Assembly (NCBI GenBank): GCA_943788985.1
Contig: CALSSJ010000027.1
Location: 10,184 to 74,183, forward strand
DNA from: an uncultured Lentisphaerales bacterium
Lineage (GTDB): Bacteria; Verrucomicrobiota; Lentisphaeria; JABSQK01; UBA12247
DNA length: 64,000 nucleotides
Direction: 5' to 3'
Shown piece by piece: positions 1-9,695 of this stretch (positions within the stretch are counted from its first letter, which is position 1; the number at the start of each line of letters is the position of its first letter). The notes below the pieces were generated by a model. That model saw only the letters and a program-made list of their open reading frames with translations. It did not search any database and was not told the origin of the DNA. The position numbers and the translations under genes were made by a program.

Positions 1-1232
1 TGGTGGCGAAGCGCCGGGGCGACTTGCCAGTACATCTCAACCCAATGGAAAATCAAGATCCAGATTGCGGCAGCAGCGAGTGCAAAAGGATTGCGCTTGG
101 GCTCGCGGCTTAGCAGGAAGAAGAATGGCACAATGAAGTGACCAAGAATGAGGAGTTGGCTCCAGCATTTCCAGCCGTCTGCCCAGCGAACGTGGTACCA
201 GAATGTCTCTTCCGGAAGTGTTCCGTACCAGATCAGGAAGTACTGCGAGAAGGAGACGTATGTCCAGAAGATCGTGAAGGCAAACATCCATTTGCCGATG
301 TCATGATAGTGCTCGATCGTGATCGTGTCAGCTAAGATTCCTTTCCTGCGCAAGTACACCACCACCAAGGCGGTGAAGCACATCATTGACAGAAAGGCGG
401 CAGCGAAGTAGCACAGGCCGAAGATTGTGGAAAACCAGGCCGCTTCGAGAGACATCATCCAATCGTAGGCGGCGTAGGTGATGGTCAACGCGAAGAGCAC
501 CATGCCGATGGCGCAGATTGGGCGAATTTTAGCCCCGAAGTTCGGACTGGGATTGGTGTCCTGCGCTACCGAGCGGCTGTAAAGCAGAAAGGATAAGACG
601 GACCAGACCAGGAAGTATATGATGCTGCGAAGCTGGAAGAATGGGACATTCAGATACGCCTTCTTCTTTTGCACGAGTGCGTGGTGAGCGGCATGCGGGT
701 CATGGTCATGGCCGCCATAGGCCCCGTCGCGCTCGGAATGATCGCCGGTGGAAGCATCGTCGCCGTGCTTTGCGTGCTCCGCGTGGACATCATTACCCGC
801 GTGATCGTCGTGGTCTGCAACGGCAACGGCCTGTTCACTGTGGTCATCCGCCACTGCATGGGCGGCGGGGGCATCGCCGTGCCCGTCGACTGCGGCATTG
901 ATCGGTGCCCATTCGTACTTGCCGACGAGCAGCAGGATAGGGATGAAGGCGATAAACAGCCAGGGCAGATTGCCCATGATGCACTCGGAGATGCGTCGTA
1001 TGACGATGCTCCAGTGGGCGTCCACCAAGTGATGGACCATGGTGAAAAATAGCGCGCCAAGACTGATGGCAGCCCAAAACACGAAGCTCGTGAGGTAGGA
1101 GTGAAAAAATTGTGTACTGTTGTTCCAGGCCCCGATTCCGGAAAGCACGGCCCCGATTACACCGATGAGCAGTGCAATGTTGGGAAGGCTCCCGAGGTCA
1201 GTCAGGCGGTTGCTATCTTTGTCAAATTTCAT
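1..1232 (-). CDS. actF: Alternative complex III ActF-like quinol:cytochrome c oxidoreductase membrane subunit, 3' end runs off the window; has a His/Asp-rich loop
   Basis: Not in the ORF track because it has no stop in the window. Manual translation from ATG at 1232: MKFDKDSNRL...YLTSFVFWAAISLGALFFTMVHHLVDAHWSIVIRRISE...YDWMMSLEAAWFSTIFG...HYHDIGKWMFAFTIFWTYVSFSQYFLIWYGTLPEETFWY, which are ActF-type motifs. Confidence 0.75.
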   Translation of the reverse strand, partial: MKFDKDSNRLTDLGSLPNIALLIGVIGAVLSGIGAWNNSTQFFHSYLTSFVFWAAISLGALFFTMVHHLVDAHWSIVIRRISECIMGNLPWLFIAFIPILLLVGKYEWAPINAAVDGHGDAPAAHAVADDHSEQAVAVADHDDHAGNDVHAEHAKHGDDASTGDHSERDGAYGGHDHDPHAAHHALVQKKKAYLNVPFFQLRSIIYFLVWSVLSFLLYSRSVAQDTNPSPNFGAKIRPICAIGMVLFALTITYAAYDWMMSLEAAWFSTIFGLCYFAAAFLSMMCFTALVVVYLRRKGILADTITIEHYHDIGKWMFAFTIFWTYVSFSQYFLIWYGTLPEETFWYHVRWADGWKCWSQLLILGHFIVPFFFLLSREPKRNPFALAAAAIWILIFHWVEMYWQVAPALRH

Positions 1233-1256
1233 GGGTCTCGCTTGTCTCAGCGTGCT

Positions 1257-2123
1257 TCAAAGTGGGAGAAATTCGTCATTCAGGTAACGGCGCAATCGGC
1301 TGGAGAGCGCCGGCCAAGGCGCGACGTGCTCCATGGCCAATTCGCACTGCTCAGAAATCTGTTCGCGTAGAAAGTTCTCTCCGTGAGCGGCATCTTGAGC
1401 GAGTGTGAACTTGCGCCGTTTTCGATCAGTTCCGAGAGTCTTGCCGACGGATGACTCGTCGCCAATCTCATCCAGGAGGTCATCAGCGAGCTGGTAGGCA
1501 GTGCCCACGCAGTAGCCAGCTTCGGACAGCGCGCTGCGCGCCTCTGCGTCTTCGCCGCCACAGGCTTCCGCAACAAACGCGAAAAGAGGCCCGGTTTTTC
1601 CGCGGGCGATTCGGCAGCAAGTCTCTGCGTCGACCTCCAGTTCCCTGTACAAGAGCTCATGGGCGACCTCAGTCATGCAGACCTCGCGCACCTTCTCCAC
1701 GAACGAGCGAATCAGTTCGATTGATGCACTTCGGGAGACCACGTGCAGCGCGTGGCTGAAGAACAGATCGCCCACGAGTATGGCACCGGTCGCGCCGACT
1801 TCCTTCCAAAGCGTTGGGATGCGGCGCCGAATGGCGGCCTCATCGATGACGTCATCATGAAACAGAGTCGCGGTATGGACGAGTTCAGTGCCTGCAGCAG
1901 CATCAAGCACCACTTCAAGGTCCACAACCTCTGGCTGCCAGAGCGCATGCGCGAGCCTCGTCCGCAGCATCTTGCCTGGTGAGAAGTGGCTAGAAAGCTG
2001 CTCAAAGTGGGATCGCTCAATCTCCGCTGGAAACGCGGTCATGACCGCATCAAACGCGGCGCAGACGCGACCACGTGTTGCGTCAGTGAAATCTACTTGA
2101 CTCGCTGGGGAAGTCTGGATCAT
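1257..2123 (-). CDS. Polyprenyl diphosphate synthase
   Basis: GKMLR, ELVHTATLFHDDVID..RR, GKT and YQLADDLLD; both DDxxD motifs present. Confidence 0.9.
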   Translation of the reverse strand: MIQTSPASQVDFTDATRGRVCAAFDAVMTAFPAEIERSHFEQLSSHFSPGKMLRTRLAHALWQPEVVDLEVVLDAAAGTELVHTATLFHDDVIDEAAIRRRIPTLWKEVGATGAILVGDLFFSHALHVVSRSASIELIRSFVEKVREVCMTEVAHELLYRELEVDAETCCRIARGKTGPLFAFVAEACGGEDAEARSALSEAGYCVGTAYQLADDLLDEIGDESSVGKTLGTDRKRRKFTLAQDAAHGENFLREQISEQCELAMEHVAPWPALSSRLRRYLNDEFLPL

Positions 2124-2315
2124 GAAAGCTCTCGAAATACAACACTATCCGCGCACGACGATGGTCGTTGGCGGAAAAGAAAGCGGGTACGGTACGATCG
2201 GGAAAGTCAAAAACAAGGCGCTACGTCCAAATTGACATGATTGAGCGAGGTTATGCCCGGATTGTGTCGGGCCTGGCACCAGAAAGGTGTGCTCGAAAAT
2301 CTAGCCCTCGCATTC

Positions 2316-3197
2316 CTAGAGCGAGGCTCTGATCTCATCCATCAGAGTCATGAAGCGGCGGCCATACTCGATGTAGGTAGACTGGCGCTTCGTCGCTTCG
2401 CTAGTCACACTCGGGTCGTGAAACACCGTCCCCATGTGCGGCTCCATCGAGATGCCACCGTCGTAGCCGTTACGCAATAGATCAGTGACGACCTGCCGTA
2501 CGCAGCCGCTTCCATCTCCGGCCCAGCAATGGTTCATGTTTTCGCCATCGAACTCACCGTCCTTGATATGGAGATAGGCGATGTGCTCACGCACGTTGGT
2601 ATAGAATTCCCAGGTATTCTGCCGAGGCTGTGGCTCTGGCTTGGAGCGATCGGCAGTGAATATCGGGTTGCCGGTATCAAAGACGAGCTTGAGCCCGGGC
2701 ACGTTTTCCAGCATCTTCAGAGTATGCTGGTAGCTCATTCCCCCGTAATTCATGCAATTCTCGTGCACCGGCGTGATCCCGGCATCCGTGAACCGCGTGA
2801 CAATCTCACGCAAGCGCCGAAACCGCTCCTCTTCCATCTGGTCGGGCGCATCGCCGCCGTCTTCCAACTTGCGGACCGCGTAGCTCATCATGCGGACGAG
2901 CTTTGAGCGCAGGCGCTGCATCCGCGGGATCGCACGATCGACCCGGGTCAGGGTATCCTCGAATGGATCGGTGACCTGGCATCCCCAGTTGGCGATTGTC
3001 GAGCCGAAGGAGTTCACCGAGACACCGGCATCGGCAAGCTTTCCATACACAATGTCAAAGTCGGCATCGCTGATGTCGTGTAGGTTCTCGCTGCCGGCCT
3101 GTCGGCATTCGATGTTACTCCAGCCTAACTCGCGGGTCACGCGAATCTGCACGTCTATTTCGGCGCCAGCTTCGTCGGCGAACCCAGTGAAATACAT
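2316..3197 (-). CDS. Sugar phosphate isomerase/epimerase (xylose-isomerase-like TIM barrel)
   Basis: TGFADE start, HENC, FDTGN, HIKD, SMEPH metal-ligand pattern. Confidence 0.8.
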   Translation of the reverse strand: MYFTGFADEAGAEIDVQIRVTRELGWSNIECRQAGSENLHDISDADFDIVYGKLADAGVSVNSFGSTIANWGCQVTDPFEDTLTRVDRAIPRMQRLRSKLVRMMSYAVRKLEDGGDAPDQMEEERFRRLREIVTRFTDAGITPVHENCMNYGGMSYQHTLKMLENVPGLKLVFDTGNPIFTADRSKPEPQPRQNTWEFYTNVREHIAYLHIKDGEFDGENMNHCWAGDGSGCVRQVVTDLLRNGYDGGISMEPHMGTVFHDPSVTSEATKRQSTYIEYGRRFMTLMDEIRASL

Positions 3198-3281
3198 GAG
3201 GAAAGCTCCCGGTTCTCAATCCAAGATGAGCCAAGACTAATAGGGCACATTCAGATGCTCGCCAGCCGATGCGCTTGGCCA

Positions 3282-3902
3282 TCACTCTCGCAGTTCGGCG
3301 TCCCAGTAGACTTTTCCGAGAAAGTCCTCCCAGCTCTTCGGCATCTCGCGCTCCCGCATCCGCCTGCGCGCTGCTTGCGTCCAGTGAGGCTCAAAGGGCT
3401 TCCGCATCAGGTGCATTCCGGCCTCGTCGGGCAAGCGGTTTCCCTTGCGCGTGTTACAGGGCACGCACGACAAAACCAGATTGGCCCATGAGGATCCACC
3501 GCCCCGCGACCTTGGCAGCACATGGTCGATATTCAGGCGCTTAGCTGGGAACAGCTTCCCGCAGTACTGACAGGTCATGTTATCCCGGGCGAAGACTGCG
3601 GCGCGCGACAGTTTGGCTCGCTTTTGGCGAAACCCGTTAAAGCAATTCAGGACGATCACTTCGGGGACTGGCAGCACAAAGTTCACGCAGCGGATTCGCT
3701 GCTCTTCCGCCAGTTCTGCTACCTCGCGGGCATCTTGCCAGGTTTCCACCCAGAGCTCAAAATCATAAAGCTGATAGTCACGGTCCACGACGCGGGCCTT
3801 CTCGCTGTAGACCTTACATACGGCTTCCAGCGCGGTCACAATATTGACCGGCATCCACGATCGATTCAACACCAAGACCTTGGCCTGTAGTGCGTTCCCC
3901 AT
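3282..3902 (-). CDS. HNH endonuclease (McrA/HNH_5-like)
   Basis: VLVLN N-terminal motif, RDNMTCQYCG, IDHVLPRSRGG...WANLVLSCVPCNTRKG; GGAGG just upstream of ATG 3902. Confidence 0.85.
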   Translation of the reverse strand: MGNALQAKVLVLNRSWMPVNIVTALEAVCKVYSEKARVVDRDYQLYDFELWVETWQDAREVAELAEEQRIRCVNFVLPVPEVIVLNCFNGFRQKRAKLSRAAVFARDNMTCQYCGKLFPAKRLNIDHVLPRSRGGGSSWANLVLSCVPCNTRKGNRLPDEAGMHLMRKPFEPHWTQAARRRMREREMPKSWEDFLGKVYWDAELRE

Positions 3903-3995
3903 TTCCTCCACCTTCCTCTGCTTCGGGATTTGCTACACTACCCCATGGCGTAAAGTTCGCTCGCGCCAGCCTTGAGGGCTGCCTTCTTTCTCCGT

Positions 3996-4538
3996 TCAGC
4001 AGGTTACATCCTTTCCCTCCGTGCCGAAGAGCTCCATCCGTTGCTCGGCGGTCCAATTTGCCGCATTATCAGGGAGATAGGGAAACTGCAATACCCAGCG
4101 TTCCATGGCGGAATGATTTTTCGGCGTGCCGTGCGGCAAAAGCGAGTCGAACACCAAGGCACCGCCCGATGGCAGGGGCACGACTAAGAACGGCGGGCCT
4201 TGGATCTCGCTGTCACAGGTCTGCCAGCTGCGCTGCGACCAGTGTAAATGCGGCTGGTGAGTCTCGCCAATGTCCAAGATGTGCATGCAGCCGTTCTCAA
4301 TCGTTGCCGGTTCCAGCGCGGGCCAGATGGCCACGGCCCGTTCTTTGAGCGGCAGATTGAAACACGCGTGATCCTGATACCACGGCTTTTCCCGGCCCAG
4401 GCGTGGTTGCTTAATCTGCTTCAGCCAGGCTTGCGATGTCCGCAATTCCTGTGGCAAAGCCCGCCCCCTGATGAAAGTTCGCTGGGGGGACTCGCAGCCT
4501 TGATCTTCCACAGCTTTTCCGGCTCCTTCTACCTCCAT
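3996..4538 (-). pseudogene. Phytanoyl-CoA dioxygenase (PhyH)-family gene, N-terminally truncated/degenerate
   Basis: REKPWYQD (usually WHQD), W.AL..ATIENGCM, HGT..N.S..R motifs; short, and the first iron-ligand His is replaced by Tyr. Confidence 0.55.
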
Positions 4539-4688
4539 GGTGGCATTCCTCTCGCACGTGATTCGCAGATCTCAGATCTTACTACGTCACACAGAAGCCG
4601 ACATGGAAGCGATCAGAGCGTGGTTTGCAGGGCGCATCTCCACGGCCTATGGTCGTGCCAGAATAGCGACCTGTGGAGCTTTAATCAT

Positions 4689-6296
4689 ATGACCAACGCA
4701 CGCCCGAACATTCTCTGGGTTTCCTTCGAAGACTGTAATCCCACGTATCCCTGTTACGGGGATCCCACCGTCCGGACACCTCACCTAGACGCTCTCGCGG
4801 AGGAGGGCTGCCTCTGGCGCAAGGCCTATTCTACGGCGCCGGTCTGTTCCCCAGCGCGCAGTGCCGTGATCACCGGCATGTACCCGATCTCGATCGGCAC
4901 GCATCACCACCGTACCAACTCAGGCAACAACTACAAATCCCTGGCCTGTAACTACCAAGCCGTGGTCCCGCACTACGTGAAGTGCTTTACGGAATACCTC
5001 CGTGGCGCGGGCTATTACTGTGCAAACAACAGCAAGACTGACTATCAGTTTGATGCCCCGCTGACCGCCTGGGATGATTGCAGCGGGAGCGGGCATTGGC
5101 GGAACCGTCCCGATTCCGACCAGCCCTTCTTTGCCGTCTTCAACCTCGGGCGAACGCACGAAAGTGGGATGTGGGAGAAAGGCGTTCTGGACGAAGAGTT
5201 CGCGATCTCGCCTGAAAACGTCGAGGTTCCGCCCTATCTGCCTGATACGGAAAAAGTGCGCCGCTCGATAGCCCGAAATTACACCAATATCGCGTACAAC
5301 GACGCTAGGCTGGGAGAGCTGCTGGCCCAGCTCGACGAGGACGGCCTGGCAGAGAACACAGTCGTGTTTCACTGGAGCGACCATGGCCCGAGCGTCCGCG
5401 GCAAGCGATGGCCCTATGAAGCTGGCATCCATGTGCCCATGATTGTCCGTGGCCCGATCAACCGTGAGCCCGGCACCGTCTGTGAGGACCTAGTCAGCAC
5501 CATCGATCTTGCTCCCACCGTCCTTTCACTCTGCGGCGTGACGATCCCTTGGCACCTGCAAGGGCAGGCCTTTCTTGGCCCCCGGACCGTCGCCCCGCGC
5601 GAGTACGTGTATATCTCGCGCGACCGCTACGATGAGATGTACGACATGACCCGCGCCTGCCGGGATAGCCACTTCAAGTACATCCGCCATTATCACCCCG
5701 AGTATCCCTATTTACGCTGGAACTCCTACCGAAACCGCCATCCGATCATGCAGGAGCTGATCCGCTGCCAGGCAGAGGAAACGCTAAATGAGATCCAACT
5801 CCAAATGTTTCGCGAGAGCCGCCCCGCTGAGGAACTGTTTGATGTCGACGCCGATCCCCATGAACTCGCGAATCTGGCGGATAGCCCGGCCTACGCAGAG
5901 GATCTTGCCCGCCTGCGATCAGCGCTGGACGGCTGGATTGAGGAAGTAGGCGACCTCGGCGCGATTCCGGAAGAAACCATGGTGCGAAACATGTGCCCGG
6001 ACGGCATCCAGCCCCAGACTCGTCCACCGGTTATGGTTCCGCTGGGCCCGAGCGACTTTGGCGAGGAAATTCTCCCGACCGAAGACACCCGTTTTCAAGG
6101 CCCCCTGCGGGTGCAGCTGCAATCTCCAACTCAAGGCGCATCCATCGCCTGGTCCACGGCCTTGAACGAAACCTGGAACCTTTATACCGGGCCCATCTCG
6201 CTCGCAGCCGGGCAGACCACGCTTCGTGTCAGGGCAGTGCGCATTGGCTACCAGGACAGCCCCATCGTGGAACAGCAGTTTGTCGTCATGGCTTAA
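4689..6296 (+). CDS. Formylglycine-dependent sulfatase with C-terminal beta-sandwich (Fn3-associated-like) domain
   Basis: RPNILW..ED, CSPARSAVITG, SDHG, GKRWPYE.G.HVP, EELFD...DPHE..NLA; real start ATG 4689 within ORF 4248..6296. Confidence 0.9.
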   Translation: MTNARPNILWVSFEDCNPTYPCYGDPTVRTPHLDALAEEGCLWRKAYSTAPVCSPARSAVITGMYPISIGTHHHRTNSGNNYKSLACNYQAVVPHYVKCFTEYLRGAGYYCANNSKTDYQFDAPLTAWDDCSGSGHWRNRPDSDQPFFAVFNLGRTHESGMWEKGVLDEEFAISPENVEVPPYLPDTEKVRRSIARNYTNIAYNDARLGELLAQLDEDGLAENTVVFHWSDHGPSVRGKRWPYEAGIHVPMIVRGPINREPGTVCEDLVSTIDLAPTVLSLCGVTIPWHLQGQAFLGPRTVAPREYVYISRDRYDEMYDMTRACRDSHFKYIRHYHPEYPYLRWNSYRNRHPIMQELIRCQAEETLNEIQLQMFRESRPAEELFDVDADPHELANLADSPAYAEDLARLRSALDGWIEEVGDLGAIPEETMVRNMCPDGIQPQTRPPVMVPLGPSDFGEEILPTEDTRFQGPLRVQLQSPTQGASIAWSTALNETWNLYTGPISLAAGQTTLRVRAVRIGYQDSPIVEQQFVVMA

Positions 6297-7614
6297 GGTC
6301 CAGCGGCTCCTCGGACTGGACTTCCGCCGCGCTCACCTGCGTCACATAATCCGGGCACGTTGCTTGCCCGGTATCCGAGCACAGAATCGGATATACCGTC
6401 ACGCGCCGTGCCTGCAGCGCATCCACCAGCGCCTCGTGCCGATCCTGCCAGCGATGAACCAGCAGGTAGAACGACGGCGTCTGCGATAACACATCCAGCT
6501 CATCGTCAGACAACTCCCGCGGAGAATCCGTGAGAAACTGCACGGCGGCCAGCGCCTCCAGGCACGGCAGCTCAGTTTCCAGCTCCCTGCGTGTCACCAG
6601 CGGAATCTCCTTTTCGTGCGTGTCCTCATGGAAGTGCAGCTGAATCACGCAATTCCGCCCGGTGAGCTGGCTGCAAATTCCGGCCGCCAGTGAGACGCTG
6701 GCGCTCAGCCGTTTGGATTCTGGCTTCAGTCCCTGCCAAGGCGCATCAAGCTTCGAGCAGAACACATCCAGAAACACGCCGCAGTCGCCGCCCAACTCAT
6801 TGGCATACTCTTTCACCACCGGCACCCCACGGCGCGCCCAAGATAGCGGGTGCAGATGCCGCGTGCTGTCCCCGAACCGAAACTCGCGGCAGCCCAGAAA
6901 CTCCAACGACTGGCCAGGTTTTGCAGACGCCAGCTGGCGCCCGTCGCTCCAGGCATCGGAGGAAAGTATCGGCAGGTTCGTGATCCTGGGAAACCGCGGG
7001 GTGACGACCACCGCAGGATTCGGCAGGCCAGTGTTCCCCCAGCGCCAGAGGCCCAGCGGAAATGCGGTGTCCGCAACTGGTAGTGGAAAGTGGTAGACCC
7101 CACGTCGCTCGACCTGAAACTCAGCACTCATCTCGGCATCCTCCCCTGGCTGCAACTCCGCAAGGTAGGGCCGGCCCTCCGGAATCCGAATCAATGGGTT
7201 CACCGGGATATGGTCCACCAGCACATCCCAGGCCGGGCGTTCCCCTATGTTGCGGATTCGATAGCCGATCCTCGCCTTCTCCCCCTCCATCACAGAGGTC
7301 GGAAGCGCCCGAAGAATCGTCAGCTTAGGCCGCAGCAAAAAGCCAATTGCGATGTTTGCAAGAAACAGCGCGGTCAGCAGAATTGAAAACAGGAAGAGCG
7401 GCATCAGCATGCTGGCTGAGCCGCCGCCGGTGATCACAGAGGTCACTGCCAGTAGCAACCCACCGGCCACCGTGAATCGGCGCACGAAAAACGCGTAGAT
7501 CCAGTTGCTGAAGTGCATTGCCAGCGGTTTCCAGCGGCGCTCACGCCGGCCGGGATAATTGAGCAGAGCGGGGCCGTCAAAGAAGCGGCGTTTCAGAGTG
7601 CGTAGCGAGGGCAT
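6286..7614 (-). CDS. DUF58 domain membrane protein (MoxR partner)
   Basis: Two N-terminal TM helices, RRGVY...FPLGL, EFLGCREFRFGDSTRHLH..SWAR..VVKEY. Confidence 0.8.
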   Translation of the reverse strand: MPSLRTLKRRFFDGPALLNYPGRRERRWKPLAMHFSNWIYAFFVRRFTVAGGLLLAVTSVITGGGSASMLMPLFLFSILLTALFLANIAIGFLLRPKLTILRALPTSVMEGEKARIGYRIRNIGERPAWDVLVDHIPVNPLIRIPEGRPYLAELQPGEDAEMSAEFQVERRGVYHFPLPVADTAFPLGLWRWGNTGLPNPAVVVTPRFPRITNLPILSSDAWSDGRQLASAKPGQSLEFLGCREFRFGDSTRHLHPLSWARRGVPVVKEYANELGGDCGVFLDVFCSKLDAPWQGLKPESKRLSASVSLAAGICSQLTGRNCVIQLHFHEDTHEKEIPLVTRRELETELPCLEALAAVQFLTDSPRELSDDELDVLSQTPSFYLLVHRWQDRHEALVDALQARRVTVYPILCSDTGQATCPDYVTQVSAAEVQSEEPLDLKP

Positions 7615-7695
7615 GTGCGGGCAGTACCTGTTTGCGGTTTACTGGGTTGGAAGGTACAGTCTGGGCAGCAAAATGAACGAACTTAGGAGCACGCA

Positions 7696-8706
7696 ATGTA
7701 TAGCCAGTTGCTTGAGCAGGTAATCGCTCGCACAGATCTTTCTTCGGAAGATATGGAAGCCATCATGAATCAGATGATGCAGGGCGAATTGACGCAGGCG
7801 CAGATCGGCGCCTTTCTCGTCGGCATGCGCATGAAGGGAGAGACCCCCACTGAGATTGCCGCAGCTGCCGCGATCATGCGCAAGCACGCGACCCCGATTG
7901 ATACGCGCGGACAGCAGGTCGTCGACACCTGCGGAACCGGAGGCGATGGCGCCAATACGGTGAACATCTCAACCGCAGCAGCGATCGTTGCCGCTGCCGC
8001 AGGCGTACGTATCGCCAAGCATGGAAACCGCTCCGTATCCAGCAAGTCCGGGAGTGCAGACGTGCTTCGTGCCCTCGGTGTGAACATCGAAATCGGCCCC
8101 GAGCAGGTCGCCGACTGTATCGCAGAAGTCGGCATTGGCTTTCTGTTTGCGCCCATGCTGCACGGAGCCATGAAGCACGCCATCGGTCCACGACGCGAAC
8201 TGGGCGTACGCACACTCTTTAATATGATCGGCCCGCTGTCCAACCCCGCTGCTGCCCAGGCCCAAGTAGTCGGCGTCTTTCATCGTGACCTCACGCCTGT
8301 CTTCGCCAAAGTGCTGGCCAAGCTTGGCCTCGAACGGGCACTTGTCGTGCATGGGCTCGACGGGTTGGATGAGATCACGACCACAGCCACCACCCAGGTT
8401 AGCGAGTTGAAGGACGGAGCCATCGCCACGTACGAGCTGAATCCCGATGAGTTCTTCACCGAGCGTGCCACTTTGGCAGCACTTCGAGGCGGGGAGCCAG
8501 AGGAGAATGCCCGCATCATCCGCGACGTTTTTGCCGGAGCCGGAGGCGCCGTGGCAGACATCATCGCGCTCAATGCCGCGGCCGCCATCTACGTCGGCAA
8601 TGTCGCTGACTCGCTCAAGAACGCGCTAGAAGTTGCTCGGCTGTGCTTGGCCTCCGGTGCCGCCCTTCAGAAGCTAGACCAACTTGCTGCCCGGACCCAA
8701 GCCTGA
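7696..8706 (+). CDS. trpD: Anthranilate phosphoribosyltransferase
   Basis: DTCGTGGDG..TVNIST, KHGNRSVSSKSGSAD, RTLFNMIGPLSNP, GLDE. Confidence 0.97.
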   Translation: MYSQLLEQVIARTDLSSEDMEAIMNQMMQGELTQAQIGAFLVGMRMKGETPTEIAAAAAIMRKHATPIDTRGQQVVDTCGTGGDGANTVNISTAAAIVAAAAGVRIAKHGNRSVSSKSGSADVLRALGVNIEIGPEQVADCIAEVGIGFLFAPMLHGAMKHAIGPRRELGVRTLFNMIGPLSNPAAAQAQVVGVFHRDLTPVFAKVLAKLGLERALVVHGLDGLDEITTTATTQVSELKDGAIATYELNPDEFFTERATLAALRGGEPEENARIIRDVFAGAGGAVADIIALNAAAAIYVGNVADSLKNALEVARLCLASGAALQKLDQLAARTQA

Positions 8707-9678
8707 ATGTCCCGCGCGTCCGCGAGATCCCAAATAACGCCCATGAACGATCATGCCGAGCAACTCACCAAGCTGCGACAGAATCTCCAGTCCGTCATTT
8801 TTGGTAAGGACGAGGCGCTTGAACTGCTGCTCGTTGCGCTGTTCGCAGGCGGAAACATCCTGTTGGACGACGTACCCGGCGTGGGCAAGACCACCATGGC
8901 CAAGGCCCTGGCCCGCTCGCTCGGCCTCAGCTTTCGTCGCGTCCAGTTTACCCCCGACCTGCTGCCCACCGATATCCTCGGTGGATCGCTATTCTCCCCT
9001 AAGACCGGAGAATTCAGCTTTCGGGCTGGGCCGATCTTTGCCAACATCCTGCTGGCAGACGAAATCAACCGGGCCTCGCCGCGCACCCAATCCGCCCTGC
9101 TCGAAGCGATGGCAGAAGGCCACGCCACGATCGAGGGAGAGGAGCATGCCCTACCGCAGCCATTTCTCGTGCTTGCCACCCAGAATCCGGTCGAATTTCA
9201 CGGCACCTACCCACTCCCAGAGGCACAACTCGACCGTTTTCTGCTGCGCCTCGAGATTGGCTATCCAAACGAAGAGCCAGAGACCAACCTGCTTTACGCC
9301 CAGCAAGATCAGCACCCGCTTCACGCTCTCACATCAGTCATGGATGAAAGCACAGTCCGCGCCATTCAGCAAGAAGTGCGCCGCGTCCGCGTCGACCGCG
9401 AAGTGGGTGGCTACATCATCACTCTAGTTCGGGCCTCTCGCGTCGACCCGCGCGTTTCCCTCGGAGCCAGTCCACGCGCCGCTCTGGCCTTATTCCGTGC
9501 GGCCCAAAGCAGTGCCTGCCTTCAGGGCCGCGACTTCGCGACCCCGGACGACGTCAAGCGTCTGGCTGCACCAGTGCTCGCCCATCGCCTCGCGCTCACC
9601 CGGCAGGCGCGTAATGCCACGGCCGAGAAGGTCGAAGTAGTCCGCAGCTTGCTCGAAACAGAGCGCGCTCCAGTCTAA
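8707..9678 (+). CDS. moxR: MoxR-family AAA+ ATPase (start may be ATG 8743)
   Basis: PGVGKT, RVQFTPDLLPTD, LADEINRA.PRTQSALLE, ATQNP.E..GTYPLPEAQLDRF. Confidence 0.93.
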   Translation: MSRASARSQITPMNDHAEQLTKLRQNLQSVIFGKDEALELLLVALFAGGNILLDDVPGVGKTTMAKALARSLGLSFRRVQFTPDLLPTDILGGSLFSPKTGEFSFRAGPIFANILLADEINRASPRTQSALLEAMAEGHATIEGEEHALPQPFLVLATQNPVEFHGTYPLPEAQLDRFLLRLEIGYPNEEPETNLLYAQQDQHPLHALTSVMDESTVRAIQQEVRRVRVDREVGGYIITLVRASRVDPRVSLGASPRAALALFRAAQSSACLQGRDFATPDDVKRLAAPVLAHRLALTRQARNATAEKVEVVRSLLETERAPV

Positions 9679-9695
9679 GGGCCCGCGCGGGCCCT
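9678..9695. terminator. Perfect 18-bp palindrome between convergent genes; possible bidirectional terminator
   Basis: AGGGCCCGCGCGGGCCCT lies between the moxR stop and the desaturase-rubredoxin stop; no U-tract. Confidence 0.4.

Noticed and set aside
3282..3995. HNH gene as an IscB/HEARO-like RNA-guided system
   Set aside because: No PLMP or RuvC motifs and under 100 nt of upstream non-coding space; it looks like a common stand-alone HNH.
4248..4688. N-terminal extension of the sulfatase ORF
   Set aside because: Overlaps the PhyH remnant; sulfatase similarity begins at ATG 4689.
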